Assembly (NCBI GenBank): GCA_965285935.1
Contig: OZ260662.1
Location: 14,260,001-14,324,000, forward strand
DNA from: Ophelia neglecta
Lineage: Eukaryota
Length of the DNA: 64,000 nucleotides
Reading direction: 5' to 3'
Position 1 is the stretch's first letter; each line of letters begins with the position of its first letter. The notes beneath the pieces are model-generated. The model searched no databases. It was not told the DNA's origin and saw nothing but the letters and a program-made list of their open reading frames with translations. A program made the translations under genes and the position numbers. Shown in pieces: positions 14,001-27,100 of this stretch.

Positions 14001-15785
14001 GTAAATGTAAAGTCAGGAGAATCTCAGGTGAATCTCAGGTAAGGTGTAGGTAAACACAGGTAAGATAAGGAGATTCACAAGAGATCAAAGCTCTATCAGA
14101 CTTGTTAGACAGTCTGATCACCTGAATAGATCTCCCATCACCTTGTCAGGAGAAACACAGGTCAGATAAGATTTACAAGAGATCACTAATTACTTGACGA
14201 GATTACCCGAGTTTACCTGACAGACTCCAAGACACCAGGCCTGACTTACTGACAAAGATAAAAACACAGCTACCAGGAAGTGAAAAACTATGAACAAAAA
14301 TAACAAGCATGGGACAGTTCTTATAATGACTTGTGAATAAACTACACCAAGTATACAGAATAACATGCGGTCATACGAAATGACGCACCATACAAACCGT
14401 AACGCACCGCACGCACCGTACTGAAATGTACTTGTACAACATGTACTTGGACACAGTGAACAGACGAACTATCTGTCCTCTATCCTACTCCCATATGGGA
14501 GCAAGGCAGACAGTAAAGACCCCGACTGGGTCTATATGGTGGAAGGGGGGAGGGGTTGATCCCGTGATAGGCAATAACATGAACAACAACAGTGAAACAG
14601 TTAAGAAATACAATGAAATTCTGTAGAGTATGAACACAGTTTTAAAACAGACACAAATCTCACCTCAGGTTGGGATTCCTTCCTAACTGCTCAGCAGACC
14701 TGTGTTGTCCTGTGGGCAAACTGTCTTGAACACTGCTATCTTCAAGACTGACAGGGAGTCCCAGAATGTGTTCTAAAAGTCTCAAGATGTCCTGATCATG
14801 TACAGATTCTTCTTCACAGCTGATGCTGGGATGTAGAGTTGTCTTTAATAATAGCAGCTCTCACCAGGACAGGAGGCCAGGGATCTCTGTGAAGAATGTA
14901 TGGAGTAATTAAATGTCTGAGGTCAAGAGGTTGGCAGGGCTGAGGGGCAGATAATCTACTCTGATCTTGTGATGGGCTGTGTGCTAGAGGTATAGAGCAT
15001 TCAGAAGGCTGAAGATCAAGGTCTGATCCCTGACTGGTGACTGGCCTACTGAAGATCCCAGAGCCCCACATTAAAGGTCTAGGCCTTATCTCTTCAATCT
15101 GTGGTGTGTTGAGAGGTATCTTGTAGACTGTGGTGTGATTGTAGAGGGTCCCCTGGCTGGTCTCACCCAGTCCTGTGTGTGTGTATAAGACCTGGGAGCT
15201 TCCTGGGACCTTATCTCAGTCTATCTCTGGTGTGAGAGGATCTACTGCCAGCCCTTACCAGCTTACAATGGCTGGTTGAGTGAATCTACTGGGTACTGGG
15301 TAGATCTAACAAGGCAAGATAGCCTGACCACCTCACATAGATCAAACAGTGATCACAGGGCTCAGTGGGTAGGAGGGGAGGGGGGGGGGAGGGGTACAGG
15401 AAGGGTGGAGGGGTGCCTCTCTCAGCAGGGTTCACTTGGTGGGGGGTAAGGATAAAGGGGGTGGGGGGGGGGGTGGTGGTGGTGGTAAGAGGAACCTCAC
15501 TGGGCAGGTCTCAGGGGGGAGTGTGATATGGATACAGGGGTGAGCTGGGGGGGGGGGGGGTCCCTCCCTGTGCAGGCCTATTTTGGAAGAAGAGGAAGGG
15601 AGAGGGGAGGAGGTTATCACTTGCATGAGGGGTGGATGGGGAGTGTTTGTTGTTTGTTTGTTTATTCGCATGCCTCCTTCACAGAAGAGTATTCATACAC
15701 ACATATCTAGAAAATGTTATAAATCTTGAATAATATATATTTGTACATGTAAGCGTAGACAAACACACATTCATTTTAGAACATA

Positions 15786-15963
15786 CAGTGAAACCTGCCT
15801 TAAAGACCACCTCAATAATCAGACCACCTGTAAATTCAGACCATTAATATAAGGACCATGATGAGTATTCTCAATGTTAAATAACCTGTCTAAACAGACC
15901 ACATGTGAAATCAGACCAGTATTCTCCAGTCCCTTGGATGGTCTTAATTCACAGGTTTCATTG
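15786..15963. mobile_element. Tc1/mariner-pogo type MITE (178 bp) with TA target duplication
   Basis: TA|CAGTGAAACCTG...CAGGTTTCATTG|TA; internal AGACCAC repeats; unit 2 has the clean empty site agaacaTAcatatat at ~56397. Confidence 0.9.
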
Positions 15964-17389
15964 TACATATATCAAATCGGCCAAAAAGCAAGGAGAAAGA
16001 AAAAGAAGACACTTTTTACATTTGAGAATGGAGTAGAGTGGCTGAGAGAGGGAGGGATTGGTAACTGTACAGTGCTAATTAAGGGGTTGGGGGATGGAGG
16101 GGAAAAGGTGAGATGGGTAGATTTTAGAGTCAAATCTGTGTAAACTGAATCCAAGGGGTCATATTCACCCAAATTTTACTCTTTAAACTTTTTTTAGTCT
16201 TTAAACTTTTTTTAGTCTTTGAGATAGAGACATACTTGTGGCATCTGATCCTGGCTATTAAATCATATCAGCCAGTCAGGCCAGATGATTATGTTAATTA
16301 TGGTAATGATATGTTAATGATGTGCCATGCTGGTAATGGCCACACATAACTCATCTCAAGCCACAAGCCTGTGATTTGGGGATGTTTTCTGGCAATTTTC
16401 TGGTAATTTTCTGGTGATTTACTTAATGATTTTTATGGCTTTCTGGTCAATTTTCAGGCCATAAACTTAGATGTTGCCAGATATGGACTGGTCAGTGACT
16501 GTTCAGAGCCCGTTCAGGGACTGAACAGAGCCTTTAATTACTGGCTACTCAAATCTGGATCTGTCAGCTCAAGCCTTAGGTAGCATAGCATATATATCAG
16601 TGCATATACATACTATAGGTATTTAACCTTCCAATATGCCAATGCTAATCGTTGAACCGGGCAATAGGAGTATTTTTGTTATGGAAAGGATGCTGTCTCC
16701 ACAGGGGGGAGGGGGAGGGGGGTAGCCATGCCTGCCATTCAGACAAACTTGGATCATTGGGGCTGAAAGGGGTAAATAAAAGGGTGGAATGCAGCTGAAT
16801 GAGGTTAATATGACAATGTGCCTGAGAATTAAGAGTAAAACAAGTATTAAGTTTGGGGCTACAGATGGACTCATGGAGTTAAATTTTATCTGGTAATATA
16901 CAAGCTGTCGGCAGGGTATCAGAGGTAGGGTTGGGAGTGAGGGTGAAGAGGCAAGGGTGGGGTAGGGATGACCGTGGCAGGGGGTAGGGGTCAACAGAGA
17001 GAGGGGTGGGGTAAGACCAAACAAAGGCAAGGGTGGGCGCAAGGATCCATGCCTGAAATAACTATCTATCCCAGGCCATCAACAGGTATCTCAAGACATC
17101 CTCAGGTATAAGGTGCTAATTACAGGTGTGACCAGGTAACGGGTATTCCTTCTAATGAGATGTCTGTATCTCTCACCACATCTCATCTATAATAGTGGGG
17201 TCAGGTAATCAGCCTCCATGTCAGTAATTAACAGGCTCGTCACAGGTAATCTCAGTCTAGACCCCAGATTCCGTGGTGCTCAGCACCTGCCCAGGGCTTC
17301 ACAGAGACATCTAGCATCATTTATACCTGTTATTTACCTGTAACTGTTCAACCAGAATCATACAATTAGCTTTAGTATTGTATTTTTCT

Positions 17390-17876
17390 CCTCAGGCAGC
17401 ATCTAGTTTAGTTCTTATCTACAAGCCAGGGGGCAGACCCAGGGGGGATGGGGCAAATAATGCCAGTAGTGTACATCCACACTTATTTTCCTTACACATC
17501 CCATGGTTAGTTACCCTGGTGACATGATGGGCAGGTAGTGGAGTGATATGTCCAAGGTTGCCATGACAACCAGGGCAAGGGATGTGATAATTACAGCCTC
17601 AAGTTCCTGTCATGTCAAACTTTATTTTATTTAGTAAGTTCTGTTATTTTTTGAATCCTTATTGGGAGTCAGTGGGAGGCACGCTGCCCATGATAAGGAT
17701 GAACCCTGTTGTCATGGTAACTAGTTCAGTTGTCATCATGACAATTGTCTGTTTCTAGTGTGACATCAACTTGTCACCTGGCCTGAGCAGATCCCTTGCT
17801 AATTTCATGGCTGATGAAGACAATTTTGTCTTTACCAGACTACAGGGCTAATAAAGTAAAATTCCAACTGTCAACA
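17390..17876. promoter_or_regulatory. Candidate enhancer with RFX X-box cluster (identical copy at ~57816-58301)
   Basis: GTTACCCTGGTGAC (17510), GTTGCCATGACAAC (17557), GTTGTCATGGTAAC (17708), GTTGTCATCATGACAAT (17729); no difference seen between units over ~490 bp. Confidence 0.55.
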
Positions 17877-18939
17877 TGAGAGAACCTCACACAATCTCAT
17901 ATGTGAGAAATTCATGGTTCATTGTTTTGTTTTTGATCCATTTCCTTATTAATCATGAGAGAAACCTGTATCATTAAAGTATCATACTGTGACACATCCT
18001 TCCCTCAATCTCATTGCCAGGACTATACACCTATCTAAGTGTCATCACCTCCACCCACAGGGAGGTCTGGGATACTGAGCAAGTGTGAATTAACTCTAAA
18101 TTGGCTCAAATTAACTCTACATGTATCAAATACATGTAATGTACAGGGAGGGGTAACTTGTAATCTCTTTATATACAACAGGACAGTGACAGGATGTTTG
18201 GCAAACCTTAACTACCACCAATTCTATCTTAAATCTTACCTATTTTCTCTGTCAATGAACTTTATTTCTCCTGGATTTCTCAAGATTTGGATGAGTATAG
18301 AGGGAGGTCATTTTACTTTTATGAGGGAAAAGGACATGAGGAACAGGAAATTATCCTGTAGTGTGTCTTGGTGGTGATAGTCTGGTTGATTTAACCAATC
18401 AACTCCCCCCCCCCCCCCCCCCCAGGTCTGGGGAGTTCAAAATCCAGACAAGATGACCATAAGTAAGCTGTAGGAGAGACATTTCTATAATGCTACTTGG
18501 TCCTTCTTAAACACCGGCATCCACAAGTTAATATCCAAAGATAATACTTCTCTCATTCTTCTGGTTACTTTGATGTTAGTTAATGACATACAAGTGAAAA
18601 GTGTGACCAGATAATATATGCATCACCTGGTGGTTGTCAGTCCCCATGACAACCCTTCACATAAGATTATGGTATCCAGGTAAGACAAAACCTGAGCTGA
18701 TCAAATCCAATCTAATGATCCCATAAAATGTAAAACAGGGTGATTACCATCGAGAATGTAATCAAAACGGGGACGGGAGGACCATGAATATAAATCACCT
18801 TATTAACCAGCAACCAACTAAAAGATTCAAACCTAAAAGGTCATCTTTTAATAATCAATAATCATGATAATGGTTATCTGGTTTTGGTAACAGTTCCCCT
18901 GACAATCTGCACACTCTAGGCACGTGTGGTAACCTTATT

Positions 18940-19077
18940 GGGACCAGCTTCTCCCTGGGGACACACATAGTAAACATATTGAACTGGGACCAGTCTCTCC
19001 CTGGGGACACACATAGTAAACATATTGAACTGGGACCAGTCTCTCCCTGGGGACACACATAGTAAACATATTGAACT
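18940..19077 (+). repeat. 46-bp tandem repeat x3
   Basis: GGGACCAGTCTCTCCCTGGGGACACACATAGTAAACATATTGAACT at 18940, 18986 and 19032; single copy in unit 2 (~59368-59413). Confidence 0.95.
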
Positions 19078-20899
19078 GAGAGCAGCTGCTGCTTGTATTG
19101 TCTGTGACTGTTATAAAACTCAATGTCATCTGAATCCTGAACAATAAATTAAAAGTCAATTAACTGTGATAGCTTTCAAATCTCTAGATTCTGTGACCAC
19201 AGTAACATATGACATTTGGTGCTGTATGGTGATATTTACTTTTAATTACTTTGTTATTGTAACCACGGTGATGACATAACCATCGTATCAGGAGATAGAT
19301 CTTTGAGGGACATCTTTACAACATAAATCACAGATATAGATCACTGCTGTTGTTCATACCAATCTGACAGAAGTTCTGAACAAAATAAAGACAAAGGTAA
19401 GAATGAGATTGGATAGAAGACTCCTCTGACAGATGTCAGCGGCTGTCACCCAGGCGTCTAGAGACAGGACCTGAAGTCATAAGATAGATGTAACAGACAG
19501 GATCTCAGGGCTCTGGTTCCCTGTACAGAATGTAACTTTTATGTTAATGTATGTATATTTTTCCATGTGTGCCCCCCCCCCCCCACCCATCCCCTTTTCT
19601 CCTTCTCTGCCTTAGATCTACTTGAAGTGGTAGGACTTAAGTTATAAATGAATGATCAAAGCCTTCTGGGACAGCTAAATCTAACCTAATTATAAATGAA
19701 CATATCAAAAAACCAACTTACCCTTAGAATATAAGACCAATAATACCTCCACTAAGGATTTTTCCCTCAAATATGACTGATTGAATGTGTTAGACTTAGA
19801 CTCCCTTTATAACACACTAACAAAGTGTGGTATTATCTATATAAATCTAATATAATAATACTTACAGTGGCTCAGCTAGCAACAACAAGATCCAATCTCT
19901 GACCAAATATTGATGCTTTTCATGATACCCAGTGGAATGATCTGCGAGTTGGCTGGCTACAGGACTGAGCTAACAGTAACTTAATGTCTCTATCCACCCT
20001 CAAGGAGATCAACACCCTCCCAATGGCTGCAGGAATCTAACAAATGTACATTATCGTCTGAAAGTTTATAGAAGGCTTTCTGCCTCAAGGCCCATTTAAG
20101 GATTAAAATCATAATTGATTTAAAGAAAATACACTTCCTGTCCCAGGCACAAGCCCTTGTCAATAAGATTAACGTGACCACAATACCTCATCAATAGGAC
20201 AGCAGTGGGGGTATTAAATAGGGATTAACTGGACAGTGACAATAGATACAAACAATGATAAAATGATAATTACCTGGGTAATGTGCTAAGTAACCTGGGC
20301 TAACGAACTGACCATTTCCCCTCATCATGAGCAACTATAACAATACAGACCTCAGGTAAGATAGAGACCTGGACCAACAAATTACTTACCTGGGTTAACG
20401 AACTGACCACTTCCCCTCATCATGAACAGCTAAAACAATACAGAGCACAGGTGAGATAGAGAGAGTTGATTGGATTACTGTCTACTTCATTGTCTAGACT
20501 CCATTTACCTGAAATTACAGGTAAATTATGGGCATTAAAAATCTCAGATAAGATACACCTGGGTTGATTGGCTGAACATTCAATTGATAATTTAACACTA
20601 TTAAACTGAAAATTAAGAGGTTTTAAGCACTAAAAGTTGTGTTTACATACAGGATTGAGGTAAGAGCTTTGTTATCATAATCAGACAAAGAATAGAAAAG
20701 TAATGAAATCTATTTTGAAACAAGACCCATTGTAAGACAAGATGGATACTTTGTTTTAAGGGTAACTTACATGGAGGTTGGTGTTTAACAAGAGAAAAAC
20801 ACAGGCGTGGCATTTACAAATGCAAGCCCCCACCCATTGAAAGGGATATTAAACATGTTTGTCAGGCAGTCCACTCCTGTTAAAACATTAATAACAACT

Positions 20900-21240
20900 C
20901 AATTCTGAGAGCAAGATAAGGTTGACAAAATGTGATTTCCCAGGTTTCCAATGTACTTCTAGGCTCTAACTGCCAATATACAGGCTATATTCATCATTTT
21001 GGTAAATTGACCATGATAATGAAAACCAAGATCAGTTCTGAGAACTGGATAACATTTGAAAAATGTGCTTTCCTATAGGTTCCCCATGTACTTCTAGGCT
21101 CTGCTCAAATAACTGCTAAAATAAAAGCTGACTTCACCATTTTGTTTAGTTGACTATGAAAATGAACACCAAGGAAATTCTGAGCACTTGATACAATTTG
21201 AAATATGTGGTCTCCTAGTATCCCTACACACCTAGGCTCT
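20900..21240 (+). repeat. Degenerate ~135-140-bp tandem repeat, ~2.5 copies
   Basis: TTCTGAG..AAATGTG..CTAGGCTCT recurs at ~20902, ~21036 and ~21178; one unit fewer at ~61256-61445. Confidence 0.7.
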
Positions 21241-23975
21241 AAATTAAAGACTTTATTAATTTGACTTTTAACAAGTATCACTACCTATATGCCCCCTTTA
21301 CATATGTTGAAGGCCTAACTTCTTAAATATAAAAGTAACATATGTCATGAAGAATTCCTATTTTGCCTAATAGAATGCTCAATACATATCCCCCACTTTT
21401 TTCTAAAATGGGTTGGAGGCAATCAGGCCAGGAGGTTTGGAGTAATTTGCTGTTAAAGTAACGCTTTTTGTATTTTATTCAAAATATTTTTAATTTTGTG
21501 ATAAGAATCACAGCACAACATTCCTACATTTAATATTATTCAACCTTAAGAGCAAATGGGCTTTTATACACTTTTGGAAATTATAATAGACGCGATACTA
21601 GTTTTTCGATCATGAAATGATTTTCAGCAACTGTCTTTGTCCTTCATCATATGTATTTTTTTGACAGCGCTTGAAAAAAATTGTATTTTTTTTAATGAGT
21701 GCGTTTCAAAGTCAAAATTTTCCATTAGACACATCATAGCATCATATTAAAAGGGTAATACGTAAATACCAATTTGATCTATAGCTACTTTGGCCAGAAA
21801 GAACTATTTCAGCAAATTCCTCATAAAAATGAGGAATTATAACTATATAAGTATTAGTATTAAAAGTAAATAAAATAATAACATGGTCATAACAAATATA
21901 AGTATTAGTATTAAAGTAAATAAAAATAATGACATGTTAGCTTAATTAAGTTAATTTTATTATCTGCATTTTATCTTACATGCACAATTACCTATTTTAA
22001 TTTAATTACCCTGGAATTCATTGATTCCTTTTTTTAAAATTAAACATTAAACAATATCACTAAGTGCTTTTTCTTTCCAAATTGACTAGAGTGTTCAGAA
22101 GCCAGTGTATTCATTCAATGAAAAACTTGTTTCAATCCATTTCTTTCAAGATGCCTGCATCATTATTCATACATCCCAAAATATTGGGAAAAAAAACACA
22201 TATCAAATTATTTGAAATTAATATATTCAAACTCCTTAATAATTGCTATGGTCACTTATCTAGTCCTACCTAAGAGCCAGCCTTAAGTCAACCAACCAGC
22301 ATTTCAATACCGTCATTAGAATGCCAAAATGTCCATACTCCTTGGTACAGCCATGCTGTTCTTCAAATATGCACACATACTTAGTTTCTAAAGAAGAGAG
22401 TTTGATCCTTTCCACACTAGCATAGTTTTTGACTAAGTTTCTAAAGAAGAGAGTTGGAGCCAGTCCACACTAGCATATCTTTTAAACATGTCAAAATTGG
22501 TATTTCCCTATTTTTTCTCATATATCGAAGTCTTCATAACATTCCAAGTACATAAATCCAACTGGTTTTTCCTTCCCACAATGTCATTCCTTCCCATTTG
22601 TTATTTTACGCCAGGAAAGCCAGATCTTCATGAACAAGGCGCTGTAGCTTCAGTTGAAACCATACCAGGACAGTTTATTTGGCTGTCAGGTTTTAGTGTC
22701 TTGGTGATTTAAGTCCCTGAAACTCCTCATGTTATGGTTTTCCTCTTTAAACACCGTTTTCCATGGTTTTCCTCAGTTTTACATGGTTTCAGTGTTGTAC
22801 AAGGTTTTCTGTGTTTAAACACATTGTTTTTCAATTCCTTGCTGCTGGGACTTCCTGGGTTTTAGGTGATTAAACACTATGTTCCACAATGCTCTTTCAT
22901 GTACACTTATGTTTTAGGCCAGGTACATGAAGCATGTTTTGGTTGCTATGATAATTGATGCAACTTGCCCAATCGAGTTTCTCAGCGTCGAGGTGGAATG
23001 CCTAGTCTGGAGAGAAGAAAAATATACCATTTTATTGCCTTCACAAATACAGCTTTTTTCCATAAAATATAAAAGTGTCTGTTCAGGAGTAAATTCCAAG
23101 TAACAGGGAGCTTACATGAGTTAAAATTCTTTACTGTTGAGGACATAAATATAATCATAAAACATTGTTGGTCAATATGTCTGCCTAAACAAAACTTATA
23201 CATGAGATGTATAATACACCATTTTACAATGAGGAGGTTTCTAGAACTAAAATTTCCTATTTTATAATTTCAAAGTGTGCTCCAAGATTATCCACTGACC
23301 TTTAGGGGAACTTGATGACTGTTTTATGTTGCCATGGAGATTTGATAGTGTTGTCAAGACTGAGTAGAGATGGATGCCCACCAGCATTCGTTGACCGAAC
23401 CCTTCTGCCAGTGTCACATTCGGGAGATGGCGCTCTGACCCATATTGACAGTGTAGCACACGGTGCAGGGCCCTTGTTGGCACTGTAATATTCAGTAGAT
23501 GGCGCTCTGACACACTCTCCTGGGAACAAAAATACACACAAGTTTATATTCAAGACGATCACAAGATTAAACTCAGCATTTCACCTTAACGTTCAAATTT
23601 AAGTCTAAGTTAAGGTCAGCATGTTAAATGTTTTCTTGCACAGAACTGAGATTATGATTTGCTTTAATGCTACAGGGCACTTCTCAGCTCTACATACTCT
23701 ATGTACACAAATACAGCCTGCCATCACTAGTTCTATTTGTCAACACCAGATTTGTCTGGCAGTTCTGACCTACCTGATGAGTTCAGCCATGTCTTGTGAA
23801 GTATGCCCTGATATTTTTTGTAGACGTCTCATAACAGTTTCGCCATAGACTTGTATACTACTCTGATGCAGCTACAGTCACATTGTCTATGGTTTCGACG
23901 ACGAAGACAAGGAGGATCTCTTTGACAACACGCCGAAGCTGAAGTCAGACACCGCTACCCACTTTGCCTTAGCAA

Positions 23976-24151
23976 TCAGGCATAGTTGCTATGGTAACCC
24001 TGTGGAGCGCCATCTCCCTGGGAATGAGCGCACGACTTGATGCGATGCTCCAGGATGTTTTTCCACGCCCATTTGCATTCAACCGTTGGTGATCTGAACC
24101 GGAACGCTCGCTGGAGGGAAGCGCTGTGCATAACCAGTAGAAACTCAGAAG
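23976..24151 (-). CDS. Exon 14, end of PH domain and stop (..AFRFRSPTVECKWAWKNILEHRI..GYHSNYA*)
   Basis: tttttacag|CT...GCC TGA; C-terminal PH helix with its Trp. Confidence 0.9.
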
Positions 24152-27100
24152 CTGTAAAAAAAAAATTAAATATTAATACTGGGAAACATACTATAGGAAA
24201 TACTTCAAACAGTCATTATCAAAACTGGCCAGTTTACAATGTGAATAGGAGTTTACTATGTAAATAGAGAAATAAGTGTTATAAATAATATTTTTTATTT
24301 TTGCAGGCAAAAAATAGATAGTTTTCATTAGTACAGATCCTGCCAAGCAATCTAGTAGTGAAATCCTACCATTGGCACAGCTGAAGTTGATGTGGACGGC
24401 CTCGTGTAGGTAGAGAGGGTCATCAACCACCACCAGGTGTCCCTGCGAGTCCCTGGTAGTCAGTAGTATGAGGTCAGAACACAGGACCACCCACAGAGGC
24501 AGGGTCTCCGAGTCATTTATCACAAAGGACAGCTCACCAGAGTAGATCACGTGACGTGAAGGCACTGCTAGCAGGAATGGCTAGAATAGGAGAAAAAATA
24601 CATTTAAAATGATGTGACGGTTTTAAAATACTCGGAATTCTTTTTTTAAACTTAAAAACATGTCAATATAAAATATCGGGTTGGATAAATTTTAAAATGA
24701 AATCTGGAGTTGAATAATTTTTGAAATGAAAGTATAATGCAAACTTTGATGCATAAATTTATTATATTTCAGTTACACTAATGCATGTGTTTCCACAAGT
24801 CTCCATATAATTTTAGATGACCCATACCTCAACATCCTTAGCAAATCTGAGGTTCTGTTGTAGAGACATCAATTCGCCATCGACGCTGGACAGACTATTC
24901 ACTGAGTGACCTTGACTGGAGACCAGCAACCTTGACACTGACCTCAAGGAGTCAGAGGCAGTGGACGACACAACTGATGTCATCATCGATGATGTCATGG
25001 ACGCCATGCTACGGTCCAGACGGGATTGACGGAGCTTACTGCTGTTCTGGATCTTCTTACAAGTGGCTCTCATAGCTAGAAATAAAATAATAATATTACA
25101 AACTACGATCTACAAAGCTTATTAGACAGATTTTATCAGAGCAAGTCCTGTTGATTTCTAGACTTAGATATCAAGAGAGAATCTCTTACCATCAACAACT
25201 CCTCTCAGATCTTGGTGATCCTGGTGATCAGGAAATGTGTATCTGAGGACCTTAGTAGTATAGTGGAGGAGAGTGGTAAGATGCTTGATGGGTCGCTCCA
25301 GGAAATCAGCCAACTCCAGGCGAGACTTGGCTGCCGTCCTTCGGGAAAACTTCTCAAAATCAGCATTCCTGAATGACAAACATGATAATGAATTAGATAA
25401 AATCAAGATAAAACACTTGTTCAGTTCATAGATTGCAGGATCATCACAAATTTTGTTAATTCCAGGGACTGATTAGGATAATATATGAATACCCCATTTC
25501 ATCAATCAATGAATTATTGTCTTCATTTTTTTCTCGGTAATCAGCAGTATATCAGGGGATTGGAGGTTGGGATTACCCTGTTGCTTTAGTTCTAATTTCT
25601 ACCACCAGAGCAATCAGGCTGTATAGACCTACCTGTTGAGTTCAGCCAGAAGGGAGAATGCCTTGTAAAGTCCGGCCTGATAGCTTTCATAGGCCTCACA
25701 CATAACCTTCGCTCTGGACTTGTATACCACACCAATGGCATCTACAATCACGTCGTCCGTGGTGTCAATGTAAGACGACTCAGCTGAGTAAGATCTCTCT
25801 GTCAGCTGGCGGAGGTTAAAGTCAGACATCGCCACCAACTGGAAAATAACAGAACTAAAATTAAACCCTTCATGTATACAACCAATTCTGAAATTCTTAA
25901 GCACTAAAGTATTTCACAATTAATTTAAAATTTGATTTAATTTTCTTGGTGTTTTGAATGTGATGGTTATGATACAGGATGTGGGGATCCTTACCTTCTC
26001 AATGTTCTGGAAGAGAGTGCTGTGCTGCTTCACGGTAAGAATCTTGTGGCGCAGAGGTCGAGAGAAACGCTGTATCCCACGATGCATCTTGCGAGCGAAG
26101 GATTCCTCACAGCTCAGTAGTTTTTGTATGACAGACTGGCGGGTTTCTGACTCTGTTGTTAGGTCCTGGAGGAAAACAGATCAGTGTTAAATGACTTTGT
26201 CATCACAAACTGTGTCTACACACCTCACCAGTGTTAACTGTCACAACGCAGGAAGGACAGACTAAATAATGCAAGTTCACGGAATACAAGTAGGCCTAAG
26301 GAACAATATAAACAGTCTGTACCTGATATATTTAAGAATGTCCTTTGTAGTTATCTAAGTTGTAATATGAGCAGTTTTAATAATACAAGTTAATAATACT
26401 ACTTACACTGCTGTCCATACTACTATGGGTGATTGTTGTCCAGGTTTGAGTAGAATTCCTGCCCTGTGAACCCATACTTGGAGTACTACTAGTCCTCGGC
26501 AGTGGCCGGCACAGAGAGCCTCCCTCAGTACTACTAGCATCCTCCTCCTCCGAGAAAGGTCCTTGACGACGGACATCCTCATCACTCAGCAGACTGGCCA
26601 AGTTGGTTGCCATGGTGCCCTGGGACCACTCGCTCAAGCTGAAGTCTGGTATAGTTGTTGAACTGATGTAAGACTTGGAGACAGAGGACTGTTGCCATGA
26701 CGATGGAGCAGAGACACTGCTGAGGTCACTAATTTCTTGAGTCCACTTGCTGTATGACATTTTACCACCTACAGAGTTGTGTATCAACCCCAGAGTGTTC
26801 TCTCTGCTCTCTTCTTGGATAACACTGAGTTCTGGTTGCCATGACACGCTCTCAGGGCTGCTCTCAGCGTTGTGAAAAACAGCATTCTCATAGATAGGGC
26901 CATCATGGGAGACATAGTTCTTGTTGTCATCGGTTACCTCTCTCTGATTGACTGGGAGAATGGACTCGTATTGGGGAGACTCCTTGGATCTCTTGACCTC
27001 CAGGGTCACTTGAACAGCAGACGTTCTACAGGGAGATACAATAACAAGCATTAAATTTCTGGTTTAACTAGAATATGTAAAAAGCTAATGACACACCCAA

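Larger units (their letters stand above)
1..23309 (+). repeat. Large tandem segmental repeat, unit 1 (visible part)
   Basis: Colinear with 38279-64000; the offset grows from 38278 at the left to 40691 at the right through indels. Confidence 0.97.

Noticed and set aside
14664-14860. Open frame ending at a strong donor GAG|gtgaga, in phase with the big exon
   Set aside because: No in-frame ATG, bounded by TGA, and a 2-nt indel in unit 2; at most a 5'UTR exon candidate.
15432-17042. Pro-rich and Gly-rich ORFs (also 56072..57475 and 9136..9576)
   Set aside because: Produced by G/C homopolymer tracts; frames differ between units.
18940-19077. CRISPR-like periodicity
   Set aside because: Units are adjacent with no unique spacers, and the context is eukaryotic; it is a minisatellite. 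The same applies to 33862-34342.
21950-23040. Polyadenylation signals (AATAAA on minus at ~23031, ~22674, ~21957)
   Set aside because: Several candidates in AT-rich DNA; cannot choose without transcript data.
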